Of a stretch of 64,000 bases of DNA, positions 23,401-37,234 are shown one piece after another. A model generated the notes under the pieces. The model was given only the letters and a program-made list of their open reading frames with translations. It did not search any database and was not told the DNA's origin. The position numbers and the translations under genes are program-made. Source of the DNA: Leucoraja ocellata (taxonomy: Eukaryota); NCBI GenBank assembly GCA_036785375.1, contig JAWMAR010000070.1:4836001-4900000 (forward strand), read 5' to 3'. Position 1 is the stretch's first letter; each line of letters starts with the position of its first letter.

Positions 23401-26400
23401 ACAAGCAACTGGCTATTCAGCTTTAGTAAAACACAAAGTGCTGGAGTAACACTGCAGCTCAAGCTGCATCACTTGGTGACTTTAGAGACTTTAGAGATGC
23501 AGCACGGAAACAGGCCCTTTGGCCCATCAAGTCCACACCGTCCAGCGATCACCTGGCACACTAACACTATCCTACACACGAGGAACAAATTACAATTTTA
23601 ACGAAAGCCAATTAACCTACAAGCCTGCCCGTCTTTAGAGTGTGGGAGGAAACCGGAGCACCTGGAGAAAACCCACGCTGTCACGGGGAGAACGTACAAA
23701 CTCCGTACAGACAGCACCCGAGGTCAGGATGAAACATGTGTCTCTGGTGCTACCCATGTGCCACTGTGCCACCATGTCTCTACCCGTAACATTACCTATC
23801 CATGTTCTCCAGCGATTTTACCTGACCCGCTGAGCCATCACAGGCAGCTGGCTATTCAGCTTAAGTGCTGGAGTAAATCAGCAGGTCAGGCAGCATCTCT
23901 GGAGAACATGGAGAGGTTTGAGACCTGAATGAGGGGAAGGCTATTTAGGACTCGGATGAGGTAAAACCTTTTCACTCAGAGAATTTCTCTTTCTCCAGAA
24001 ATAGTTCCTGACCCGTTGAGTTACTCCAGCACTTTGTATCCTTTTGTGTATTAACCAGCATCTGCAGTTCCTTGTTTCTACAAGTTCAATGGGGAAGTGT
24101 GTTGTGGTGAGATTGAACACAGAGTGGGTCAGAGTGAGTGACAGGTTGGCTTCCTGTCACATGACCACCACTCAGGTCAAGCCACATCCACAGGGAAGGA
24201 GGATCTGGGCGCCAGGTAGATTCAGGAGCAGTTCTGCTTTCACTGGAACTTGGGGAACAATCCCGGTGAAATGGGAATTAACACCAGCAGGAAAAGCATT
24301 AAAGTGCAACTGGATCTATAGGGTGATTTCACGAAAGGTCACTGGAGCGTAGATCCGCACCCACGTGACCTAAAATCTCAAGTGGCGGACATGCTAGACA
24401 TCCGGTACATGTTAGTGGATGGGAAAACACGCACTTTCCCACCCGTTAAAAACATAGAATACGGCCAGGTTTTGATCTGCAATTTATTGTGCCAGTCGGG
24501 GTGACCGTGAGGCACAGCTACCTAGATTTACAGTCAAAAAAAAAAGATAGAAACTAAGGGAAATTAAAGAGGGAGCTGAAGGTGCCAATCCAGCGGAAGT
24601 GAACAGCGGACATTTGCCGTGGAGATTTAAAGGTCCAAAATATCGGGAATTATCGCGTTTGGTCACTGAATTTCATCAAAAGTAAGTCAATAACACAAAA
24701 GAAGAGAGACACAAACTGCTGGAATAACTCAGCGGGACAGGCAGCATCTCTGGAGAGAAGGAATGGGTGAGGGAACATCACCCGTCGGTTTCTCCAGAGA
24801 TGCTGCCTGTCCCGCTGAGTTACTCCGGCACTTTGGTGGAAACCAGCACCTGCAGTTCCTTGCTACACATGATCTATGCGGAATCATGAACCTGTCTGAA
24901 CAGCACAAATGACAAGTTTTTTATTGTTAAATCTCAGCTTGTGTTGCTGCAGTGTGAGTGATCTTTCATCATTAATGTGCCCACATGTCACACCCACCAC
25001 ACACAACCCCTGAAAAAGGATCCCAACACTATACATCGTGTATTCATTCCTTCCACAGATGCTGCCTGACCTGCTGAGTTACTCCAGCACTATGTGTTTT
25101 GCTCAAGATTCCAGCACCTGCAATTCCTTGTGTCTCACAAACGTTAGTGATTCATGAGCTCAGTTTATTGTTGTCGTCTGTACTGAGGTACAGGGAAAAG
25201 CTTTTACCATGTTTCCAATGAGGGCCAAGTCATTGGGTATTTTTAAGGTGGAGATTGACAGGTTCTCCATTAGTACGGGTGTCAAGCAATATGGGGAGAA
25301 GGCAGGAGAATGGGGTTGAGAGGGGGAGATAGATCAGACGTGATTGAATGGCGGGGTAGACTCAATGGGCCAAATGGCCTAATTCTGCCCCTATCACTTA
25401 TGAACTTGTGAACTAAGAATCCTCATGAGATGAGTGATATAGACTTTACACTGAGTCACACAAACTGTACAAGATGAGATACTCAACGGGTCGGGCAGCT
25501 TCTGTGGAGAGAGAACGAGAGTTAATGTTTTTAGGTAGATACTTCCAACCAAATTGCATTATTTCCAATTCAGTCCGCGTAATGAAAATAGTCCATGGAT
25601 CCTCCCGCTCCCAAGTTCTTTTCCTGTGTAGAAGACATGGGCCTAACTCTAGCAGCAGGCAGATAACACAGCCCGTGGGACTCTGAATGGCATGAAAGAA
25701 GTCTCTGAATGCTTGTAACCGTCTGGTGGTATCACAAAGTGCTGGAGTAGGTCAGCAGGTCAGGCAGCATCTCTGGAGAACATCGATAGGTGACGTTTTG
25801 GGTTGAGACCTGAATAAGGGGGTGGCCAGGTGGGGATAAACCTTTTCACCCAAAGTTGCGAATCTGTAGAATTCTCTACCACAGAGGGCAGTGGAGGCCA
25901 ATTCACTGGATGTATTCAAGAGAGAGTTAGATTTAGCTCTTAGGGCTAATGGAATCATGGGATAACGGGAGCAAGCAGAACTGGGCAGTGCCGGCTCGAA
26001 GGGCCGAATCGTCTCCTCCTGCGCCTATTTTCTATGTTTATATGTTTTTATGAATCATCATCTATCCACTTTCTCCAGAGATAGTTCCTGTCCAGTCTAA
26101 GGTTGTGACCTCAATAACGGGTAGGCCATTGAGGACTCAGATGAGGAAATATCTTTTCACCCAGAGAGTTCCTCTTTCTCCAGAGATAGTTCCTGTCCTG
26201 TTGTGTTACTCTGGCACTTTGTGTCCTTTTGTGCATTAACCAGCTTCTGCAGTTCCATGTTTCGACTAGTTCAATGGGGAAGTGGGTTGCAGTGAGATTG
26301 AACACAGGGTGGGTCAGAGTGAGTGACAGGTTGGCTTCCTGTCACATGACCACCACTCAGGTCAAGCCACGCCCACAGGGAAGGAGGATCTGGGCGCCAG

Positions 26401-29400
26401 GTAGATTCAGAAGCAGTGTTCAAGAAGGATCTGCAGATGCTGGAAGATAGATATCACAGTGGAGTAGACAAAGTGTTCAAGAAGGAACTCAGTTCTGCTT
26501 TCACTGGAACTTGGGGAACAATCCCGGTGAAATGGGAATTAACACCAGCGGGAAAAGCATTAAAGTGCAACAGGATCTATGCAAAAGAAGAGAGACACAA
26601 AATGCTGGAGTAACTCAGCGGGACGGGCAGCATCTCTGGAGAGAAGGAATGGGCGGGGAAACATCACCCGTCGGTTTCTCCAGAGATGCTGCCTGGCCCG
26701 CTGAGTTACTCCAGCACTTTGTGTCTTTCTTTGGTGTAAACCAGCACCTGCAGTTCCTTTCTACACATGATCTATGCAAAACCATGAACCTGTCTGAACA
26801 GCACAAATGACATGTTTTTTACTGTTAAACCACAGCTTGTGTTACTGCAGTGTGAGTGATCTTTCATCATTAATGTGCCAACAGGGTCAAGGGGAATAAC
26901 TGGACCCGAGGAGGTGAGGGGAAAGTTGGGGCAGTCGGTCACTGTGGAATGTCCGTATGATCGGAAATACAAAGACAACGACAAGCTATGGAGTAAAGGT
27001 GATTATTTCCTTCCATCTTCTACCGTGGTTTCTACTGATCACCCACAACAAGGGAGAACATCGATGAGTGATGACAAAGCACAACGGATAGTTTCAGTCA
27101 CCATCAACAAGCTGGAGGAGAGTGATGAAGGACTCTACTGGTGTGTGATAGTAAAGGGAAAACATTCGCTCATTGAATCGGCCTCCATCTCATTGAATGT
27201 TTCTGAAGGTACGTTGCCGATCTCTCCTCACTCTCCCAGATGTGAAAATTCCAGCCTGTGAATTCCCGGCCTCGGTCCTGACGGTGACTCGGTGCCACAT
27301 CCCCGGGGGGTCGCGGTAAGGGGGTTGGGTGGATAACTCATTTACTGGGGTCCCGGCCCGTGGGGCCACACCAAGAGCTCACTGTCGCTGGAGCAATATG
27401 GGGGGGGGGGGGGCTGTCAGACACCAGCCCCACGGAAGGTCCCATCTACCGGCGGTTCTGTTGCTGACGGCTCATTTCCACGAAGACGATCGCTCCGGGA
27501 CCAGAACCTCTGCCGCCCCCTCACTGGGGCAGGTGGTGGGAAACCCGGGTGGAGATAGGAGTCAATGGGGGAGGGGGCAGGTTAGTAGAAGATACTTAAA
27601 ATTAGAGAACCAACGTTCAAACCGTTGGGTTGTAAACTACCTGAGCCCAATATGAGGTGCGGTTCCTCCAATTTGCATGTGGCCTCACTCTGGCAATGGA
27701 GGAGGCCCAGGACAGAAAGGTCAGTGTGGGAATGGGAAGGGACATGGACAGGGTTGGCAACCGGGAGATCAAGAATGGTCCCGACCCGAAAACCAGCACC
27801 TGCAGTTCCTTGCTACACATGATCTATGCGAAACCATGAACCTGTCTGAACAGCACAAATGACATGTTTTTTATTGTTAAACCTCAGCTTGTGTTACTGC
27901 AGTGTGAGTGATCTTTCATCATTAATGTGCCCACAGGGTCAAGGGGAATAACTGGACCCAAGGAGGTGAGGGGAGAGTTGGGGCAGTCGGTCACTGTGGA
28001 ATGTCAGTATGGTCAGGAATACACTGACAACAAGAAGCTATGGAGTAAAGGTTATTATTTCACACTATCTGAGACCGTGGTTTCTACTGATTACTCACCA
28101 CAAGGGAGAACATCGATGACTGATAACAAAACACAACGGATAGTTTCAGTAACCATCGACAACCTGCAGAAGAGTGATGAAGGACGCTACTGGTGTGTGA
28201 TTGTAAAGGGAATATTTTCAAGCGATGAAAGGACCTCCATCTCATTGACGGTTTCTGAAGGTACGTTGACGATCTCTCCTCACTCTCCCAGATGTGAACA
28301 TTCCAGCCTGGGAATTCCCGGCCTCGGTCCTGACGGTGACTCGGTGCCACATCCCCGGGGGTCGGGGTGAAAGAGGGGGGAGCACATTTACTGGGGTCCC
28401 GGCCCATGGGGCCACACCAAGAGCCCACTGTCCCAGGAGCAGTGTGTGTGTGTGGGGTGTGGGGGGGGCTCATCAATGGGGACCGGCGGTTCTGCTGCTG
28501 GCGGCTCATTTCCCCAAAGACGATCGCTCCGGGTCCAGAACCTCTGCCGCCCCTCACTGGAGCAGGGGAACAGCCAGAACCTCTGGTGCCCCCTCACCCT
28601 CTCCCCCTGCCCGTCACTGTCACACCCACCACACACACATCTGAAGAAGGGTCCCAACCTTAAGCATTGTCAGTTCATTCCTTCCACGGATGCTGCCTGA
28701 CCTGCTGAGTTACTCCAGCACTTTGTGTTTTGTTCAAGATTCCAGCACCTGCAATTCCTTGTGTCTCACAAACTTTGGTGATTCATGAGTTCAGTTTATT
28801 GTTGTCGTCTGTACTGAGGTACAGGGAAAAGCTTTTACCATGTTTCCAATGAGGGCCAAGTCATTGGGTATTTTCAGGTGGAGATTGACAGTTTCTCCAT
28901 TAGTACGGGTGTCAAGTGATATGGGGAGAAGGCAGGAGAATGGGTTTGAGAGGGAGAGATAGATCAGCCATGATTGAAAGGCGGAATAGACTCAATGAGC
29001 CAATGGCCTCAATCTGCCCCTATCACTTATGAACTAATGAACTAAGAATCCTCAAGAGATGAGTGATATAGACTTTACACTGAGCCACACAAACTGTACA
29101 AGATGAGATACTCAACGGGTCGGGCAGCTTCTGTGGAGAGAGAACGAGAGTTGATGTTTCAGGTAGATACCTCCAACCAAATTGCATTATTTCCAATTCA
29201 GTCCGCGTAATGAAAATAGTCCATGGATCCTCCCGCTCCCAAGTTCTTCTCCAATGTAGAAGACATGTGCCTAACTCTAGCAGCAGGCAGATAACACAGC
29301 CTGTGGGACTCTGAAGGGCATGAAACAAGTCTCTGAATGCTTGTGACAATCTGGTGGCATCTTAGTGGGTGAGCTTCCGGTCTAGATCAAGAGGCTTGGT

Positions 29401-30339
29401 CCATCTATGGTGGCCTCAGAAGGATCTTTGCTCAAATCTCTGGATTGGGATTTGAACCCAGGAATCTCCCCACACAGAGCAAGAGCACTCCCGACTGAGG
29501 CATCTCCCACACATCACTAAAGTGGCACAGAATGTGATTTCACACATTTAATGTTCAAAAACTTCATTCACTTTATCTCCACAAGGATCTCAAACAAGCC
29601 GCCCAGACATGGTCAGCACCACCTCTACAACAATAAGCACAAAGGCTTCCACCACAACTCGGACCACCATGCCTCAAGATGCACCAACCACCGAGGCAGC
29701 AAGTTCCACTGAGTCTCATGGTTCAACACCTCCAAACAGGTTAGTAACTCGAAGAGCCAACTCAGCCTCACCTGAGAACAAATTAGTTCAGTTCAATTCA
29801 GCTCAGTTTAAAGATACAGCGTGGAAATGGGCCCTTTGGCCCACCGAGTCCGCTCTGAGCAGCGATCACCCCATACACCAGTTCTGTTTTACACACTAGG
29901 GGCAACTTACTACAAACCCGCACGTCTTTGGAATGTGGGAGGAAACTGGAGAACCCAGAGTAAACTCTTGCGATCACAGGGAGAACGTACAGACTCTGCA
30001 CTGACAGCACCGGTATCAGGATCGACCCCGCGTCTACTGTGCTGTGAGGCAGCAACTCTACCGCTGAGCTGACATCTCAATGGGCGAGCCTCATGTCTAC
30101 ATCAAGGGGCTTGGTCCATCTATGGTGGCTTAGGAAGGATCCTTGCTCAAATCTCAGGTTTGGGATTCGAATCAAGAATCTCCCCACACAGAGCAAGATC
30201 GTTCCGAACTGAAGCATCTCCCACACGTCACTAAAGTGACACAGAACGTGATTATAAATATTTAATGTTCAAAGACTTCATTCACTTTATCTTCACAAGG
30301 GTCTCAAACATATCACCCAGATATCCTCACCACTTTGGT

Positions 30340-30370
<31 letters not shown>

Positions 30371-32744
30371 GGGGGTTGCACGGTGGCGCAGCGGTAGAGT
30401 TGCTGCCTTACAACGCATGTAGCGCTGGAGACCCAGGTTCGATCCCGACTACAGGTGCTGCCTGTACGGGGTTTGTACGTTATCCCCATGACCGCATGGG
30501 TTTTCTCTGAGATCTTTGATTTCCACCAACACTCTAAAGACATACAAGTATGTAGGTAGATTGGCTTGGCGTATGTGTCAATTGCCCCTAATGTGTGTAG
30601 CCTAGTGTTAGTGTGCGAGAATCGCTGGTCGGTGTGGACTCCATGGGCCGTCGGGCCTGTTTCCGCGCTATATCTCAAAATTAAACTAAACTGGATTAAA
30701 ATATGGTCACCACCACCTCAGGAACCACCACACCCACTCTGCCTCCGGAAGCATCGACCACCAGGGGCTCCTGGTTCATCGCCTCGACACAGGTTGCTTC
30801 TTATCCCTCTGTGGTCTATGATTATCGTACTATCCAAAATGATACAATGTTGGTGTAATCTGTAAACTCGTAAATCATACTTCCAACATTAACATCTAAG
30901 GCTGGCAGATGGGACTAGTGTAGATAAGGACATAATGGTCGGCAATGGGGAAATTGGGTCAAAGGACATGTTTTCGTGCTCTATGTCTGACCATCAAAAT
31001 GAACATCTAAGTTGTTAATGCATGTAGTCATGGAACACCTCTAAGGAATGGGTGCATGTTGCGATATCAACATCTCACCAATGTCCACGCCAAAACCTTG
31101 GAGCACACTGAATGATTCCGTGTGCAATATGATGAAAGAAAATTGCCAGCGTTGATCTGTGATAACTCTGTGTGGAAGTAATAATATTTCCTTGGATTTC
31201 CAGGGACACCATGCTGAACATCGTTTGCCGTGTTTGGGGTGTGTTACGCTGGGTACTCTTTGGAATTCTGCTTCTCTTCCCGGTTTCCATCAGCTGTGTG
31301 ACAACTTTGAAAAGGTGAAAGTTTGCAATCTCTTCACTCTGATGTTCACATTAAATTCAACTGGAAATGATGGGAATTTACTTTAGAATTGTAGAGATAA
31401 AGTGTGGACATACAGTGCCCTCCATAATGTTTGGGACAAAGACCCTTCATTTATTTATTTGCCTCTGTATTCCACAATTTGAGATTTGTAATTGAAAAAA
31501 TCACATGTGGTTAAAGTGCACATGGTCAGATTTTATTAAAGGGTATACAGCCAATCAAGTCCGCGCCGACCAATGGTCACCCCGTACACGCGCACTATCC
31601 TACACACGAGGGACAATTTACAATTATACAGAGGCCAATTAACCTACAAAACTACACGTCTTTGGATTGTGATAAGAAACCGGAGCACCCGGATAAAACC
31701 CACGCTGTCACAGGCAGAACATACAAACTCCGTACAGACAGCACCCGTAGTCATGATCAAACCCGGGTCTCTGACACTGTAAGGCAGCAACTCTACCGCT
31801 GCGCCACTGTGCCGTCTGGGTCATTTCCTCGGGTAAACTTTGATGGTGGAGATTATAACTTGTGTTTTAATTGTTATTCAAGGAAAAAAACAGCCAAGAC
31901 CTTGGAGATGGGGTCGGCAGTGGTGGAGGAAGGAGAGGAACAGCGCCGGTGAGCTGGCTGGGTGAGGCCTCACCTCGCATGGAGACGGCCGTGGGAGGCG
32001 AGGGGAAAAGGGTGCGTTGGTGGGTCGAGGTGTGGGCAGAGTGCGAGTGGGCTGCTGGAGGCCCTGCAGCAGCCGGTGGATCGGGTGCCGCTGGAGGTCA
32101 CACAGAGGTCGGGGACGAGCGCGCGGATCGGACACGGCCTGCAACGGCACGGAGCGGTGGTGGAGGCACCGACAACATCGCCAGGCCAGGCCGACCCCTG
32201 CAACTCCCACCCAGTGCCGTCTCCATGACAACGGGCCTTTAAGCCCAAAATAAAATGGGCCTTTAAGCCCAATTTTATATTTAAGAATATAAGATACTGC
32301 CAGTAATGTGGCAACTCTTGTGTACTGCATCATATAATCTGCTATTAATACTCTTGTTCTTAGCTTCAGCTGTGCTTATATAAAGTAAGATTTTTACTGA
32401 ATTCTATACAAAAGAAATGTCACTGTACGCATGTGCATGATACAATAAAGTACCATTGAACCATTGAACAATGGGGATATAAAAACGGTTAAATGATTAC
32501 GTATTGAACTGTGGACACGCGTTAGAAGAATAAGATAAAAATTAAGGGTAATCGTTATATCAATATTGTTATTCTGACGGAATGACGCCCAATAATCATC
32601 GTTTAGCTTTTCAGGGCCAGAGAGGGCGTTCACCAGTTGGAGATGTACAAATCTCATCACCTTGACCCTACAACATCACCACACCACACCTATGTCCAAT
32701 CTACCTTGACCGCTACAGGAGGAATTTCTTTAGCCAGAGGGTGA
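20397..32744 (+). CDS. Gene B: paralogous two-V receptor, 379 aa, join(20397..20493,26885..27208,27937..28260,29586..29739,31204..31314,32615..32744)
   Basis: Same exon set and phases; 1140 nt open; no L1 in the V2-stalk intron. Confidence 0.85.
22170..23339 (-). mobile_element. 5'-truncated non-LTR retrotransposon (CR1/L2-group RT) with an uninterrupted 357-aa RT C-terminal ORF
   Basis: LDFSKSFD, GTPQGTVLGP, LFADD, RPHLDYA; (ccaagaa)n tail; inserted into an older repeat at 'aactc'. Confidence 0.88.
23940..25735 (+). pseudogene. Empty V-cassette relic in gene B intron 1
   Basis: Pre-V1 intron sequence fused to post-V2 intron sequence at 24985/24986. Confidence 0.75.
26885..27208 (+). CDS. 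Gene B Ig V1 exon (type alpha)
   Basis: AG/GT bounded, 324 nt, V-set motifs. Confidence 0.95.
27937..28260 (+). CDS. Gene B Ig V2 exon (type delta)
   Basis: AG/GT bounded, 324 nt, DEGRYWC. Confidence 0.95.
29586..29739 (+). CDS. Gene B stalk exon (4 codons longer and more Thr-rich than A/C)
   Basis: GSQTSRPDMVSTTSTTISTKASTTTRTT...; phase 1 to 2. Confidence 0.8.
31204..31314 (+). CDS. Gene B transmembrane exon
   Basis: DTMLNIVCRVWGVLRWVLFGILLLFPVSISCVTTLK. Confidence 0.85.
32615..32744 (+). CDS. Gene B putative cytoplasmic exon (extended C-terminus ...TYVQSTLTATGGISLARG*)
   Basis: Paralog of the A tail exon; the A/C stop is absent, so it reads into the adjacent CR1-derived sequence. Confidence 0.5.
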
Positions 32745-33861
32745 TGAATCTGTGGAATTCATTGCCACAGGCGGCTGTGGAGGTCAAGTCAATGGATATT
32801 TTTAAATTGGAGATTGACAGGTTTACTCAGGGTGTCAAAGGTTGAGGGGAGAAGGCAGGAGAATGGGATGGAGGGGGAAAGATAGATCATCCATGATTGA
32901 ATGGCGGAGTAGACTCGATGGTGCAAATGGCCGAATTCTGTACCTATGTTTGCAGACACGTCTGTACATCCTGACATTCACACAAAAGACAGCAGAACAT
33001 AGACTAGAACTCAAAGCTGGCTTTCCAGAATGTGAACTTTTAACTTTACTACCAATTGACTTGCTGTGCGAAACCCTGCACATTGAATAATGATTAAAAT
33101 AATCCAATGTAATAAAAGATGGCTGAATTTTTGTCATAAAGTCATAAGTGATAAGAGTAGAATTAGTTTGGTTTAGAGATAGCGCATGGAAACAGGCCCA
33201 TTGATCCACCGAGTCCATGCCGACCACTGATCACCTGTACACACTATGTTTAAGAAGGAACAGCACATGCTGGAAAAGCGAAGGTAGACAAAAACGCTGA
33301 GTTTCTCCAGCATTGTTGTCTACCTGTACACACACTAGTTCTGTTATCCCACTTTCTCATCCATTCCCTACACATTTGCGACAATCTTGCAGAGGTATTT
33401 AACCTACAAACTCGCATGGATTAGGGATGTGGGAGGAAGCCGGAGCACCTGGAGGAAACCCATGAGGTCACAGGGAGAACATTCAAACTCCACACAGACA
33501 GCACCCGTAGAGAGGATCGAACCCGGGTCTCTGGCGCTGTGAGGCAGCAGCAAACCGCTGCACCACCGTGCCGCCCTGAAGAGAGAGAGCAGGCTTGTGA
33601 GAGCAGACAGCAGAGCAGCAGGCCAGCTAAATGCCTCATCAGAGTGACAGCACCTCCAGCAACTTTAGACACAGTGCTTAGAACAAACGGAATCAAGGGA
33701 TATGGGGAGAGAGCAGGAACTGGGTACTGATTTATGTTGATCTGCCACGATCATATTGAATGGCGGTGCTGGTTCGAAGGGCCGAATGGCCTACTCCTGC
33801 GCCTATTTTCTATGCTTCTATGTTTCCATTGCGGAGCTCCCTCAGTACAACTCAGTACAAC

Positions 33862-34307
33862 AGTTACAGAGATAGGTTGAATAAGTTAGGCCTTTATTCT
33901 CTGGAGCGCAGAAGGTTAAGGGGGGACTTGATAGAGGTCTTTAAAATGATGAGAGGGATAGACAGAGTTGATGTGGACAAGCTTTTCCCTTTGAGAATAG
34001 GGAAGATTAAAACAAGAGGACATGACTTCAGAATTAAGGGACAGAAGTTTAGGGGTAATATGAGGGGGAACTTCTTTACTCAGAGAGTGGTAGCGGTGTG
34101 GAATGAGCTTCCAGTGGAAGTGGTGGAGGCAGGTTCATTGGTATCATTTAAAAATAAATTGGATAGGCATATGGATGAGAAGGGAATGGAGGGTTATGGT
34201 ATGAGTGCAGGCAGGTGGGACTAAGGGGAAAAAAAGTTGTTTGGCATGGACTTGTAGGGCCGAGATGGCCTGTTTCCGTGCTGTAATTGTTATATGGTTA
34301 TATGGTT
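33862..34307 (+). mobile_element. CR1 3' fragment, specific to the B-C spacer
   Basis: SYRDRLNKLGLYSLERRRLRGDLIEVFK...WNELP; tatggtta tail; empty paralogous site near 54822. Confidence 0.85.
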
Positions 34308-36389
34308 AACTCTCCCTCCGTGCTCGGCATTCTGGAGTGGGAACTGAACCAACATCTCTCTAACTCACTCAATAGTTTTCACCCACTGAGTTTGCACTGC
34401 AGGACCCAACACTGGGCCTTGGTGTGGCTCAGTTAGCGTGGTAAAGTCACACAGGACTCCTGCTAGAAACAGCGTGGGAAATGTTGAACCTAGACCACAG
34501 GTCACTCATTGAAAAACCATGTGAAACCCAACCAATTCTGAAAGTCTCAATGACTTCATTTTTGCATTCAAGGAATCTATGGCAACCTCTTTAGTTTAGC
34601 CAATTATAGTCACGTGTACCGAGATGCAGTGAAAAGCTTTTCTGTGTGTATGCTACCCAGTCAGTGAAAACATTGTATACAATTACAATCGATCCGTCCA
34701 CAGGTACAGGATAAAGGGAATAATGTTCAATGCAAGATACAGTCTAGTATAATCCGATTAAAGATAGTTCCAAGGTCTCGAATCAGGTAGTTGGGAGGTC
34801 AGGACCACTCTGAAGGGTCCCATCGAGAAATGTTACCCATCCTTTTTGTCCAGAGAAGCTGCTTGACCCGCTGAGATGCTCCAACACTTTGTGCCTATCT
34901 GTGGTATAAACCAGCATCTGAAGTTCCTTGTTTCTACATTCCGCCCTTGCAGACTTGTGTGCATCTAATTTGGACACAACAAGTTCCCTTTAAAAAACAA
35001 CAACTATCCTACAGATGACTTTGGTGTCCTTGGTTGATGGGATACCACTTGCCCCAGAACAAGGAGATCCTCCACTATTCTGGTGCGCACCATTACAAAA
35101 TGCTCTGTTCTTTAGAATTATTTACTCAGCGCCTTGAATGATGTTTAGCCACGGGCCTCACTGTACTGGGTGAGGTGCTAATGATAAACTGCTCAACACT
35201 CGATCGTTCCATCAACGGTTGTCGTCGTGTTGTGTGCAACCAAATTGCACACAGCTAGCTCCCTGTAGAGAAGGGAGATAACTACCTACAGCTTGCCTTG
35301 TTGATCTTGGTTTGTAGGGAGAACTCTTGCCCCCAGAACAAGGAGTCTCTCCCCTATTCTGGCACAAACTATCTCCAGGTGACCTCTCTCAGTGACTTGA
35401 GACAGAGCAGACAGCAGATCAGCTAAATGCCTCGGCAAAGTGACTTCACCTCCAGCAGTGGCGAGCTCCCTCAGAACTGCACTCCCTCAGTCCTCGGGCT
35501 ACAGGAGTGGGAGTTGAACCAACAACTCTCTGACTCAGATTTTTTTTTAAATTTCAAAATATACTTTATTCAAAAAATAAATATATGCAATACATGATCC
35601 TTACAAAACTCCATTCAACATTCTCGGTTGCTATGCGTACATGCAATACTGTTTACACAAATTAACCCCACACCTCGCCACTCGTGGACCACTGGCGTGG
35701 GATACCTTCTCTTATTTGGAGGTCCATCTCCACCACACCCTGCCACAAGCTGACCTTTCGCTGGATGTCTACACTGGCCCATGGTGTGGCTCAGTTAGCC
35801 TGTGAAAGTCACCCAAGCCACCCTCGAGAGAGAGGGTGATGAATCTGTGCCCTAGCCTCAGAATAAAAGGACATTCTTTGAGAAAGGAGATGAGAAGGAA
35901 TGTCTTTAGTCAGAGGGTGGTGAATCTGTGGAAATCATTGCGATAGAAGGATGTGGAGGTCAAGTCAATGGATATTTTGAAGGCTGAAATTGATAGATTC
36001 AAGATTAGTACGGGTGTCAGGGGTTACGGGGAGAAGGCAGGAGAATGGGGTCAAGAGGGAAAGATAGATCAGCCATGATTGATTGAATGGCGAAGTGGAC
36101 TTGATGGGCCGAATGTCCTAATTCTGCTCTTATAACTTATGAAACCTGGATTGATCTGCTCATCTGTATTCACACAGAGGTTCCTTGATCGTCAGTGGGG
36201 AGGGTGTGCTGCCTGTCCTATACCACTGTAGGACATTGGCTATTCGGTCCATCAAGTCTACTCCGCCATTCAATCATGGCCGATCCATCTCTCCCTCCTA
36301 ACCCAATTTTCCTGCCTCTCCCCATAACCTCTGACACCTGTACTAATTAAATTCAGACTAATTAATCTGAAAGAATCCATCTATCCACC

Positions 36390-37234
36390 GATAAAGGTGA
36401 ATTTATTATGGGGAACAAGGAAATGGCAGATGAGATGAACAGATACTTTGGATCTGTCTTCACTAAGGAAGACACAAACAATCTTCATGATATAGAAATG
36501 GCCAGAGGATCTGGGGGTGACAGAGGAACTGAAGGAAATCCACAATAGGCAGGAAATGGTGTTGGATAGACTGATGGGACTGAAGGCTGCTAAATCCCCA
36601 GGGCCTAATGGTCTGCATCCCAGGGTACTTAAGGAAGTGACTCTAGAAATCGTGGATGCATTGGTGATAATTTTCTATAGACTCAGGATCCGTTCCTGTG
36701 GATTGGAGGGTAGGTAATGTTATCCCACTTTTTAAGAAAGGCGGGAGAGAGAAAACGGGGAATTGTAGACCAGTTAGCCTGACATCGGTGGTGGGGAAGA
36801 TGCTGGAGTCAATTATAAAAGATGAAATAGCCGAACATTTGGATAGCAGTAACAGGATCGGTCCGAGTCAGCATGGATTTACGAAGTGGAAATCATGCTT
36901 GCCTTATCTTCCGGAATTTTTTGAAGATGTAACTAGGAAAATGGACAAGGGATAGCCAGTGGATGTAGTGTACCTGGACTTTCAGAAAGCGTTTGATAAG
37001 GTCCCACATAGGAGATTAGTGGGCAAAATTAGGGCACATGGTATTGGGGGTTGAGTGCTGACATGGATAGAGAAGTGGTTGGCAGACAGGAAGCAGAGAG
37101 TTGGGATTAAAAGGTCCCTTTCAGAATGGCAGGCAGTGACTAGTGGGGTACCGCAAGGCTCGGTACGGGGACCGCAGCTATTTATACAATATGCATCAAT
37201 GATTTGGATGAAGGGATTGAAAGTAACATTAGCA
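36390..37234 (+). mobile_element. Degenerate CR1 RT fragment, truncated by a deletion just before the FADD motif
   Basis: [28 protein letters not shown]; abrupt junction to a SINE remnant. Confidence 0.85.
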
